Program-made: the position numbers and the translations under genes
Origin: Hormiphora californensis
Lineage: Eukaryota; Animalia; Ctenophora
Direction: 5' to 3'
DNA: 64,000 nucleotides
Assembly (NCBI GenBank): GCA_020137815.1
Contig: CM035350.1
Coordinates: 2,976,001-3,040,000, forward strand
Notes under the pieces: generated by a model
Told to the model about the DNA's origin: nothing
The model's database searches: none
The model's input: only the letters and a program-made list of their open reading frames with translations
Shown: positions 43,399 through 55,376 of the stretch, in pieces
Position numbering within the stretch: position 1 is the stretch's first letter
Layout of the letters: every line of letters begins with the position of its first letter

Positions 43399-44554
43399 CC
43401 CAGTGCAAAGATTGTGCTAATTTGCGAATTTAGTTAGCAGCAAAAAATTAGTAAAAAAACACCTAAAAGTAGAAAAAATTCGCTGTACAGCAAAAACTAG
43501 ACATCGTGGAGTGAAATAGATGCGTGCATCGTGTTCAGCGTCGAAAAATAGGTCGGGGTATGAAATTTGGTATCTCTACCTCATCTCAGTCGCGAAATTC
43601 GCATTTTCCTAATGCTGCCTAATCTAGCAGCAGCAGATGAGGTTGGCTCCATTGCAACCTATTCTCGCTCCGCGGAGAATAGGCTCCCGGCCTGTGGACA
43701 GCAAGAACTCACGTGCGCGCGATGTAAAGCACGTTTTCAGCAGTGGGACTATCAAATCGCGCGCGATATACTGTTTTAGCAGGCATTTTTAGCCGACATA
43801 GCACTACCAAAACCCCAATTACCGCCTCAATTGGCACTTTGATGTATCGGCGGGTATTTTCCCATACTCACAAGGCCATGACGATTCACACAGTACCCGC
43901 AGATTGTCCCAGGACCGAGTAGGAGCTTGCAGCCAGGTCTTTAAAGAATTGCTCATGTTTAGCGTCAATTTTGACCCACTATTCCTCAAATGCTGATATT
44001 CGCGGGTATTTTCCGTAAAACTAGAGACAATTATCTGCCAGGAGCAACAAACGAGATGCAAATCGGTTCAGTAGTTCCTTGCAGCCAGGTCTTTGAAAAA
44101 GTTTGCTCTAAAATCAATAACGCGCCGGAGGCCTAGATGTGAGATCGATCTCGGTCGCTGCGCGACCTCGATCTCACTCAGGCATCAATGTGGCCAACAG
44201 ATGAGGCAGCAGATGAAGTGTAACTATGAAAACCATGCTGCCATGCCGCGCGCACATATAAGAACGGGTAAAATTCGATGTTTCCATCAGCCTCAGTGGT
44301 CGAGTGGTTAAGGCGATTGCCAATAATACCATATGCGAGCACATATGTGTGGGTTCGAATCCCGATGAATCTTTTTTTAAAACTTTTTCCTCGTTTGTGC
44401 AAAATAATTTTAACATTTTTTCTCTAATGCTGACCACAAAAACATAGTTGTTAAACACAATTAATGTTATTGAGGTGAGCTTCAAAATTTGGTGGGAGCA
44501 AATTTTCGATAAAGTTTCTAGATTCGCAGCATTTTTTAAGATCTTTGCACTGGG
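43399..44554. mobile_element. Non-autonomous TIR element with 8-bp TSD, containing a tRNA-like fragment (about 44290-44365)
   Basis: CCCAGTGCAAAGAT...ATCTTTGCACTGGG; TSD GTCTGTCT; internal GTGGTCGAGTGGTTAAGGCG...GGGTTCGAATCCC. Confidence 0.75.
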
Positions 44555-45010
44555 GTCTGTCTATAGTAGCTCTAATAAAATAATTGGTTGGTAAGGTTAA
44601 ATCCGGTAACATTATCAATTGTACACAATTAATGAACAGTCAATACAGACAGATGAACTTACAGTATTTGATGTATGATTGATACCGTGATGTTGTTGGT
44701 GATGAGGTGAGAGGTGTATTCCTTTCAATTACAGGTAAAGATAAAAGACGATCGAACACAAATAAGGCGTGGGGCAGTACCAACGTAGAGTGTAAAATGT
44801 TCTAGAAGACAAGTCGGATAATATAGATAAGACCAGTGATAACTGTTACACGCGATAAGCGACTTAATGCACCAAAACACAAGGATTGTCGCTGTAGTGG
44901 CATGTGTAACAAAGTGCTCTAAATTGGGAAGGGCAGGGGTGGGGGAGGTGGGGCGGGGGTGGAGGGGGCGGGGCGGAGGGGGTGGGGCGGAGGGGGTGGG
45001 AGGTAGGGAG

Positions 45011-48000
45011 AGAATAGAGAAGAGTGCTAAGTGTGAGATTTTATCTGAAGAGAGGGGACGGGACAAAACAACGAGACGTAATCACTCTGATAATTGCTAG
45101 GGACTGCTGGGGGAACATTCAGAAGGGATTGTGAAGTGAATAAAGTGAATTAGTAGAGTTAGAAAGGGCAAATGAGATGCCATTTCCAGACCAAGTAACA
45201 ATCGAGAAACGTATTACAAGTGGCAGGTGTAGAATGAAGTTGTTATGCACCAGATTACCGCAGTGTGCTCCTTTATCAAACCAGGGATTGCATTTGAAGA
45301 TTCAGAATAGAGAAGAGTGCTAAGTGTGAGATTTTATCTGAAGAGAGGGGACGGGACAAAACAACGAGACGTAATCACTCTGATAATTGCTAGGGACTGC
45401 TGGGGGAACATTCAGAAGGGATTGTGAAGTGAATAAAGTGAATTAGTAGAGTTAGAAAGGGCAAATGAGATGCCATTTCCAGACCAAGTAACAATCGAGA
45501 AACGTATTACAAGTGGCAGGTGTAGAATGAAGTTGTTATGCACCAGATTACCGCAGTGTGCTCCTTTATCAAACCAGGGATTGCATTTGAAGATTCAGAA
45601 TAGAGAAGAGTGCTAAGTGTGAGATTTTATCTGAAGAGAGGGGACGGGACAAAACAACGAGACGTAATCACTCTGATAATTGCTAGGGACTGCTGGGGGA
45701 ACATTCAGAAGGGATTGTGAAGTGAATAAAGTGAATTAGTAGAGTTAGAAAGGGCAAATGAGATGCCATTTCCAGACCAAGTAACAATCGAGAAACGTAT
45801 TACAAGTGGCAGGTGTAGAATGAAGTTGTTATGCACCAGATTACCGCAGTGTGCTCCTTTATCAAACCAGGGATTGCATTTGAAGATTCAGAATAGAGAA
45901 GAGTGCTAAGTGTGAGATTTTATCTGAAGAGAGGGGACGGGACAAAACAACGAGACGTAATCACTCTGATAATTGCTAGGGACTGCTGGGGGAACATTCA
46001 GAAGGGATTGTGAAGTGAATAAAGTGAATTAGTAGAGTTAGAAAGGGCAAATGAGATGCCATTTCCAGACCAAGTAACAATTGACTTACTTACTTGACTT
46101 AAGGCGGGTGGAATTCCCGAACGCCTTGAACAAGAAGAGTGCTAAGTGTGAGATTTTATCTGAAGAGAGGGGACGGGACAAAACAACGAGACGTAATCAC
46201 TCTGATAATTGCTAGGGACTGCTGGGGGAACATTCAGAAGGGATTGTGAAGTGAATAAAGTGAATTAGTAGAGTTAGAAAGGGCAAATGAGATGCCATTT
46301 CCAGACCAAGTAACAATCGAGAAACGTATTACAAGTGGCAGGTGTAGAATGAAGTTGTTATGCACCAGATTACCGCAGTGTGCTCCTTTATCAAACCAGG
46401 GATTGCATTTGAAGATTCAGAATAGAGAAGAGTGCTAAGTGTGAGATTTTATCTGAAGAGAGGGGACGGGACAAAACAACGAGACGTAATCACTCTGATA
46501 ATTGCTAGGGACTGCTGGGGGAACATTCAGAAGGGATTGTGAAGTGAATAAAGTGAATTAGTAGAGTTAGAAAGGGCAAATGAGATGCCATTTCCAGACC
46601 AAGTAACAATCGAGAAACGTATTACAAGTGGCAGGTGTAGAATGAAGTTGTTATGCACCAGATTACCGCAGTGTGCTCCTTTATCAAACCAGGGATTGCA
46701 TTTGAAGATTCAGAATAGAGAAGAGTGCTAAGTGTGAGATTTTATCTGAAGAGAGGGGACGGGACAAAACAACGAGACGTAATCACTCTGATAATTGCTA
46801 GGGACTGCTGGGGGAACATTCAGAAGGGATTGTGAAGTGAATAAAGTGAATTAGTAGAGTTAGAAAGGGCAAATGAGATGCCATTTCCAGACCAAGTAAC
46901 AATCGAGAAACGTATTACAAGTGGCAGGTGTAGAATGAAGTTGTTATGCACCAGATTACCGCAGTGTGCTCCTTTATCAAACCAGGGATTGCATTTGAAG
47001 ATTCAGAATAGAGAAGAGTGCTAAGTGTGAGATTTTATCTGAAGAGAGGGGACGGGACAAAACAACGAGACGTAATCACTCTGATAATTGCTAGGGACTG
47101 CTGGGGGAACATTCAGAAGGGATTGTGAAGTGAATAAAGTGAATTAGTAGAGTTAGAAAGGGCAAATGAGATGCCATTTCCAGACCAAGTAACAATCGAG
47201 AAACGTATTACAAGTGGCAGGTGTAGAATGAAGTTGTTATGCACCAGATTACCGCAGTGTGCTCCTTTATCAAACCAGGGATTGCATTTGAAGATTCAGA
47301 ATAGAGAAGAGTGCTAAGTGTGAGATTTTATCTGAAGAGAGGGGACGGGACAAAACAACGAGACGTAATCACTCTGATAATTGCTAGGGACTGCTGGGGG
47401 AACATTCAGAAGGGATTGTGAAGTGAATAAAGTGAATTAGTAGAGTTAGAAAGGGCAAATGAGATGCCATTTCCAGACCAAGTAACAATCGAGAAACGTA
47501 TTACAAGTGGCAGGTGTAGAATGAAGTTGTTATGCACCAGATTACCGCAGTGTGCTCCTTTATCAAACCAGGGATTGCATTTGAAGATTCAGAATAGAGA
47601 AGAGTGCTAAGTGTGAGATTTTATCTGAAGAGAGGGGACGGGACAAAACAACGAGACGTAATCACTCTGATAATTGCTAGGGACTGCTGGGGGAACATTC
47701 AGAAGGGATTGTGAAGTGAATAAAGTGAATTAGTAGAGTTAGAAAGGGCAAATGAGATGCCATTTCCAGACCAAGTAACAATTGACTTACTTACTTGACT
47801 TAAGGCGGGTGGAATTCCCGAACGCCTTGAACAAGAAGAGTGCTAAGTGTGAGATTTTATCTGAAGAGAGGGGACGGGACAAAACAACGAGACGTAATCA
47901 CTCTGATAATTGCTAGGGACTGCTGGGGGAACATTCAGAAGGGATTGTGAAGTGAATAAAGTGAATTAGTAGAGTTAGAAAGGGCAAATGAGATGCCATT

Positions 48001-50735
48001 TCCAGACCAAGTAACAATCGAGAAACGTATTACAAGTGGCAGGTGTAGAATGAAGTTGTTATGCACCAGATTACCGCAGTGTGCTCCTTTATCAAACCAG
48101 GGATTGCATTTGAAGATTCAGAATAGAGAAGAGTGCTAAGTGTGAGATTTTATCTGAAGAGAGGGGACGGGACAAAACAACGAGACGTAATCACTCTGAT
48201 AATTGCTAGGGACTGCTGGGGGAACATTCAGAAGGGATTGTGAAGTGAATAAAGTGAATTAGTAGAGTTAGAAAGGGCAAATGAGATGCCATTTCCAGAC
48301 CAAGTAACAATCGAGAAACGTATTACAAGTGGCAGGTGTAGAATGAAGTTGTTATGCACCAGATTACCGCAGTGTGCTCCTTTATCAAACCAGGGATTGC
48401 ATTTGAAGATTCAGAATAGAGAAGAGTGCTAAGTGTGAGATTTTATCTGAAGAGAGGGGACGGGACAAAACAACGAGACGTAATCACTCTGATAATTGCT
48501 AGGGACTGCTGGGGGAACATTCAGAAGGGATTGTGAAGTGAATAAAGTGAATTAGTAGAGTTAGAAAGGGCAAATGAGATGCCATTTCCAGACCAAGTAA
48601 CAATCGAGAAACGTATTACAAGTGGCAGGTGTAGAATGAAGTTGTTATGCACCAGATTACCGCAGTGTGCTCCTTTATCAAACCAGGGATTGCATTTGAA
48701 GATTCAGAATAGAGAAGAGTGCTAAGTGTGAGATTTTATCTGAAGAGAGGGGACGGGACAAAACAACGAGACGTAATCACTCTGATAATTGCTAGGGACT
48801 GCTGGGGGAACATTCAGAAGGGATTGTGAAGTGAATAAAGTGAATTAGTAGAGTTAGAAAGGGCAAATGAGATGCCATTTCCAGACCAAGTAACAATTGA
48901 CTTACTTACTTGACTTAAGGCGGGTGGAATTCCCGAACGCCTTGAACAAGTTTTCTCCACGCATCACGTTCCTCCATCACTGAAGCTATCTCCTTCACGT
49001 CACTCAGACCCGTATCTTGCCTTAGAACGTCCACATAAGTTTTCTCAGGTCTGCCACGTTTGGCTTGACCGTGAAGTGGTTCCCAAAGAAGAACTCTGTG
49101 GAGGGTTAGCTCAGGATGGCGTTGAGCGTGACCGGCTAGACGTAGTCTGCGTTCTGCTATTTTCGTGCTGAGAATTGGTAGCCCTCCAATACCATACAAC
49201 GTTCCAAACAATCGAGAAACGTATTACAAGTGGCAGGTGTAGAATGAAGTTGTTATGCACCAGATTACCGCAGTGTGCTCCTTTATCAAACCAGGGATTG
49301 CATTTGAAGATTCAGAATAGAGAAGAGTGCTAAGTGTGAGATTTTATCTGAAGAGAGGGGACGGGACAAAACAACGAGACGTAATCACTCTGATAATTGC
49401 TAGGGACTGCTGGGGGAACATTCAGAAGGGATTGTGAAGTGAATAAAGTGAATTAGTAGAGTTAGAAAGGGCAAATGAGATGCCATTTCCAGACCAAATT
49501 GACAAGAGTAACAATCGAGAAACGTATTACAAGTGGCAGGTGTAGAATGAAGTTGTTATGCACCAGATTACCGCAGTGTGCTCCTTTATCAAACCAGGGA
49601 TTGCATTTGAAGATTCAGAATAGAGAAGAGTGCTAAGTGTGAGATTTTATCTGAAGAGAGGGGACGGGACAAAACAACGAGACGTAATCACTCTGATAAT
49701 TGCTAGGGACTGCTGGGGGAACATTCAGAAGGGATTGTGAAGTGAATAAAGTGAATTAGTAGAGTTAGAAAGGGCAAATGAGATGCCATTTCCAGACCAA
49801 ATTGACAAGAGTAACAATCGAGAAACGTATTACAAGTGGCAGGTGTAGAATGAAGTTGTTATGCACCAGATTACCGCAGTGTGCTCCTTTATCAAACCAG
49901 GGATTGCATTTGAAGATTCAGAATAGAGAAGAGTGCTAAGTGTGAGATTTTATCTGAAGAGAGGGGACGGGACAAAACAACGAGACGTAATCACTCTGAT
50001 AATTGCTAGGGACTGCTGGGGGAACATTCAGAAGGGATTGTGAAGTGAATAAAGTGAATTAGTAGAGTTAGAAAGGGCAAATGAGATGCCATTTCCAGAC
50101 CAAGTAACAATCGAGAAACGTATTACAAGTGGCAGGTGTAGAATGAAGTTGTTATGCACCAGATTACCGCAGTGTGCTCCTTTATCAAACCAGGGATTGC
50201 ATTTGAAGATTCAGAATAGAGAAGAGTGCTAAGTGTGAGATTTTATCTGAAGAGAGGGGACGGGACAAAACAACGAGACGTAATCACTCTGATAATTGCT
50301 AGGGACTGCTGGGGGAACATTCAGAAGGGATTGTGAAGTGAATAAAGTGAATTAGTAGAGTTAGAAAGGGCAAATGAGATGCCATTTCCAGACCAAGTAA
50401 CAATCGAGAAACGTATTACAAGTGGCAGGTGTAGAATGAAGTTGTTATGCACCAGATTACCGCAGTGTGCTCCTTTATCAAACCAGGGATTGCATTTGAA
50501 GATTCAGAATAGAGAAGAGTGCTAAGTGTGAGATTTTATCTGAAGAGAGGGGACGGGACAAAACAACGAGACGTAATCACTCTGATAATTGCTAGGGACT
50601 GCTGGGGGAACATTCAGAAGGGATTGTGAAGTGAATAAAGTGAATTAGTAGAGTTAGAAAGGGCAAATGAGATGCCATTTCCAGACCAAATTGACAAGAG
50701 TAACAATCGAGAAACGTATTACAAGTGGCAGGTGT
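45011..50735. repeat. 293-bp satellite array (about 19 units) with variant units
   Basis: Period 293 (45011, 45304, 45597, ...). Confidence 0.95.
48898..49206 (-). mobile_element. 5'-truncated RTE-group LINE 3' end inserted in the satellite
   Basis: RRLRLAGHAQRH...LLWEP...RGRP..TY.D...R..WR; TAAG-like tail; TSD AACAAT at 48892-48897 and 49207-49212. Confidence 0.85.
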
Positions 50736-51355
50736 CCAATTAATATAGTATTCACTGCATAATATTGACATTCAATACGCTGGTGATGTAATATAGCCCA
50801 GGACGATTGAATGTCAGTACAAAGGGAAACCTAGGGAGTTTCGTTCCTGCATTGCAGAGATAATATAAGTATTCGTCATTCTTTCTAAAATACTACCGTG
50901 CAGCTATCAACGATTCCCACCCTGCACCCACTAACTCAAATCATACAACACTCATTCTAACACCCATTCTAACATGCGTAACGTCTGGCGTTGCCAAGCT
51001 AGGCTGCCTTTCGCGAGCCCCGCAAATGTAGAGGGAGGGTTAGAACATAACAACGTCTGGTGATAGTGCGTCACAAAATTATTCTAGAGGTTGTTGTGAA
51101 GATAATATTTCTGGCTTTCTAAGTGAAACTGAGTACTGCGTTATCTGAAATAATAAAGGATAGAAGAGGGATGCGGGACAAAAGTTATCACATTTCCCCC
51201 AGAACAACGTTTCTATGGCAACCCTCAAACTGCAGCTGATTTTTATCTTCAACTCGACTCATAAAAATTAGGAAAATTGTATTTCCTTAGCACGTGGTTA
51301 CTGGTAAGATAGTCCGATAACAACGTGCGGGCACACATCTCATTTCTCATTCACG

Positions 51356-53020
51356 ATGCTTCGAGTTCTTTGCCCTCTCCTTCTGTTACTTCTACTGGAA
51401 GCAGCCGACTCTGTAACCTTTGAGCTACGAAAAGGAAACGGGGTTACCATATCAAACCGTACCTCCGCTCACACAGTATACGGGAGTGTTATAGTCAACA
51501 ATTCCTCCCTGTTGTGCCCCCCAAGTGCAGGCGGGAACTACTCTCACGATATCCTCAACGTGATCTGCAGGGAGAGTGGGTTTGTGGGGGCGGTACTACC
51601 TGCCACATCTCACCGTGTCAGTAACTCGAGAGTAACCTGTCTGTGGGCCTGGAACATGACCTATGTATCGGTCAAGGCGGATTGTCCCTCCAATCCCGTT
51701 CACTCTTCGCAGTGTACCTGGGATGACACAGACTACTACGAGCGGGAGTCCCGGTGTCCCAGGAGTTTATTTTGGCCGGGAATGGCCGTTTTCATGTGGC
51801 CGATTTGGCCGATTTTTTCGTTTTTGATTTTTGACCAATTAGGTTCAATTATGGCCAATTAGGGTACTTTCTTGACCCCTGAGCACTTTAATAAGTAGCT
51901 CACGTGATTCAGCGTGCAAAAATAGGTGGGTTTAGTGCCCAAGCTTGATTTTTTGATGAAATTTCAATTTTCGGTCTTTTTGACCGAAATATTCCTGTTA
52001 TTCCCCCCCCTATTCCCCCTTTTTACAGGTAGATTTTGGCCGAAAAGCCGAAATATTCCTCCTCTGAGAGGAAGACTGAAAAAAGTGGGAAACAATTTGA
52101 TAATAAACTTAAAATGACATAAACCGACATATTTCGATACGCTGAATCACGTGAGCTACTTATCAAAGTGCTCAGAGGTCAAGAAAGTGCCCTAATTGGC
52201 CATAATTGAACATAATTGGTCAAAAATTGAAATTTCATGAAAAATATCAAACAATCAAGCTTGACCACAAACCCCACTAATTTTGGTACGCTGAATCACG
52301 TGAGCTACTTTTTAAAATCCTCTTATGCCAATTAAGGGTGCTAATTGGCATAATAGGATGTTAATTGGTGATTCTGAAGGATGTATTATGGCCATGTCAT
52401 TACCCACTATCCCCACTAATTTTGGTACGCTGAATCACGTGAGCTACTTTTTGAAGTCCTCAGATGTGAAAAAAAGGGCCGAAAATCGGCCATAAGACAA
52501 TTTGGCCGACGGGAATGGTATTCCCGTATTCCTCTATTTGGGACACCCGCGCAACATTGACGATACTGTGGTGGTTCAGTGTACCAACAGGAGGTACAAT
52601 CTAACTGGATTTGAGATGCTGGCCAACCCAGATGGTGAGCTATCAGGAAACCTTACATCGAAATGGGGCACCCCACTAGCCATTGTGTATGATAACAAAA
52701 TGGACATCACCTTCAAGAGTGTCATCCGATACTACTCATCTAGGATTGACAATTTGCGGTGGAGTATTTGTAGGTATGTGTTTGGAAGAAACATTTATCT
52801 GAGGAGTTCATATAATCGCTACACCAAAAGGCACGAGGAAGTTGGATACCAGAACAAGTTGAGCTGTGGGTATATGATGGAGAATAATGTGTCAGCGATC
52901 ATTACCTCCATTAGCTGTGACTCAAAGTACGATGACCCAACAAAATGTGAATTTCAATACAGCTCCACTTCATTCTACGCATTTGAGTTTGATGATGCGT
53001 TTAATTTCCAGTGCTATTAG
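51356..53020 (+). pseudogene. Secreted Cys-rich protein with two SRCR-like domains, interrupted by a 795-bp insertion
   Basis: Signal peptide MLRVLCPLLLLLLLEAADS; LNVICRESGFVGAV...C...C pattern; ORFs starting 51356 and 52502 share a frame. Confidence 0.6.
51753..52547. mobile_element. Non-autonomous element with short TIRs (GGTGTCCCA/TGGGACACC) and ACGCTGAATCACGTGAGCTACT subrepeats
   Basis: Terminal inverted repeat; related subrepeats at about 17630-17940 and 54220-54600. Confidence 0.7.
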
Positions 53021-53606
53021 TGAAATCGGACGTGAAATGATTTCTGTGATGTTGATACGAGCTTGTTGACTGTTGTATAACATAGAGTTTGAATGTTATA
53101 TATCTATTGAATGTGATTGATGCGATTATTGTGTCTCGGGGCTGCTGCTGCAGCCGTGGACGTGCTAATAATGGGACTGCAAGAAACAGCAAGCAGTATA
53201 GATGTTTTTAATTTACAAGAAAACATCGTGTTTAAAAGATTCGTTCAGTGAGCTAAGATGGGGGCCGAGCAAAAATTCTAACCCTAACCCTATTCCAAAA
53301 TTTCGAAGCTTGGGTAGCGACTGGCTACTTGAAGTGGCGGCTGGTTTGGGGCACCCCCTCTGCAGGCCAGCGGGTGCACCGGATTTGGGTTTTCAGACAT
53401 CAATGGGCTTGGCATGAGCTCTGGACGCACAGCGGACAGCCCCGTCCCTGCTCGGAAGAAGTTAACATTTCGCGTTCAACAACCTTTCGAGATCTCTGCC
53501 GTGCCAAACAGCAGACTGTGCTTTTCACTTTTGTTTAATGTATTTACAGACGCGTCTGTCTAGACGTCTAGACGTGGCGAGAAATGCATTCATCACCTGA
53601 TGTTAA

Positions 53607-54984
53607 AGGGATACTGACATGTTCAAATCGACCATCACAAATTTTATAAAAACATAGCTCAATCAAATCATCTGAGAGAAAAAATGTGTTGTGTCGAAGT
53701 CCGAGCTCTCTACTCCCTCTACTTCTCAAGATATAGGGTCCCAAATATTAACACCCACTAATTGGTTTGGGTAAGAGGAGGAGACCAGCATTACAGATTA
53801 CAGGTAAACACGAGCCTGTTTATATGTCATTATCTCAGCTACTACACATGCGATTTTGACCGGGTTTTTTCTGAAAACTTTTAGACCACTTCTAGTTTTC
53901 GATTTTGGTTTCCGTTTGTCTCTAGTCTTGTCATGAATAGCTAGAACTATACCTAAGCAAGACCATGATTTATTTGAAATGTATGCTTTCTTAGAACGAT
54001 ATTATCATGGTACATATTAAGTAACTAATGTCATTCAGATTTTGCTGGATTTACTCAATTATTCACACTAATTGTTGATATTTAGCCCATAGTCAATAAA
54101 AAATTCAATATTTACTAACTATTCAGCCCTGAAATGAATACTGTATCCTAGGAGAGTATAAACTGAAAAATTTAGGCAACTAATAGGTATAAAAGGCAAA
54201 ACCATTATACCCGACTAATTTTGATACTTTGAATCACATAAGCAACTTTGGCAAGCGCTCAGGGGTGGAGAAAGTGCCCTAATTGAGCATAATCGGGTCT
54301 AAGTGATCGTAACTGTAACTTATCGCATGAAAATGCTATCAGTTCATGTGAGAGCACTATCCCCACTAATTTTGATACGCTGAATCACGTAAGCGGCTTT
54401 TCCAAGCCGTCAGAGGTGAAGAAAGTGTCCTAATTGAGCATTATTCAGTCTAATTGGCAATAATTGCATTTTTCAAATGGAAATGCTAAAAGATCGTGTG
54501 AGGGCACTTTAAACACTAATTTTGATACGTTGAATCACTTGAGCAACTTTTACAAGTCCTCAGAGGTCGGCAAAGTGCTCTAATTGTTAATAATTGGGTC
54601 TAATTGACAATTCACTCCAGTTCACCTCAAACTGCAAAGTTTACTTGTTTATTTACTGATTCATTTATGATTCTGATACATCATATGAAAATACTAAAAA
54701 TTTTAAACATTTCTGACTTTCAGAAAAAAATCCGATCAAAATCGTGCATGTGAAAGTTGAGATATTGATAGATAAACATACTCATGTTTACATGTAATTT
54801 GCAATACGGCTCTCCCTCTATACCCAAACTAATTAAGAAGTGATAAAAGGTGGGGCCCTGTATCTTGAGAACGAGAGGGAGTAGAGAGTTCGCACTTCGA
54901 CTCATCGTATTTTTATCTCCCAACCAGTTACCACACCCAGGATCGTTGAAAAATATAAATTTTTTTGAACATGTCAGTATCCCT
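53607..54984. mobile_element. Non-autonomous Kolobok-like element (TTAA TSD)
   Basis: TTAA-AGGGATACTGACATGTTCAAA...TTTGAACATGTCAGTATCCCT-TTAA. Confidence 0.75.
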
Positions 54985-55376
54985 TTAACAGGTTTTTCTT
55001 GTAGGCAAACTTCAAAAGCTCACGACACGCTGTTTTAAAGCCATCATTCGGTATTATTATTAGTTTATAGTCTGATTTGGAATATTTAGATATTCCCGGT
55101 ACGGCATAGATTAATACACAAAGAAGATCTACGAGAATAATGAATAATTGTGATCGACAGTTTACATGATAATTTTATGTCGTGGTCCCCATTGCAGATA
55201 CAATTAATGTGCACAATGTGCAGGGGCCCTGAGAAGAAGTAGCCAGTATAACAATTGTTCATCCGTGTGTAGTACCAAACTGAGGCGAGCATTCACTGTC
55301 CCTGTCCCTAGCATCATGTAGGGTAGCCGGTTGATGAATAAATTGCGGAGCACGGAAACAGTGTCAAGCGACTCAA

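Noticed and set aside
44290-44365. Functional tRNA gene
   Set aside because: A and B boxes are present, but the acceptor and anticodon arms do not form, and it lies inside a TIR element
45040-45220. Hammerhead in the 293-bp unit (CTGAAGA ... GAAAC)
   Set aside because: No stem II or stem I pairing can be formed around the motifs
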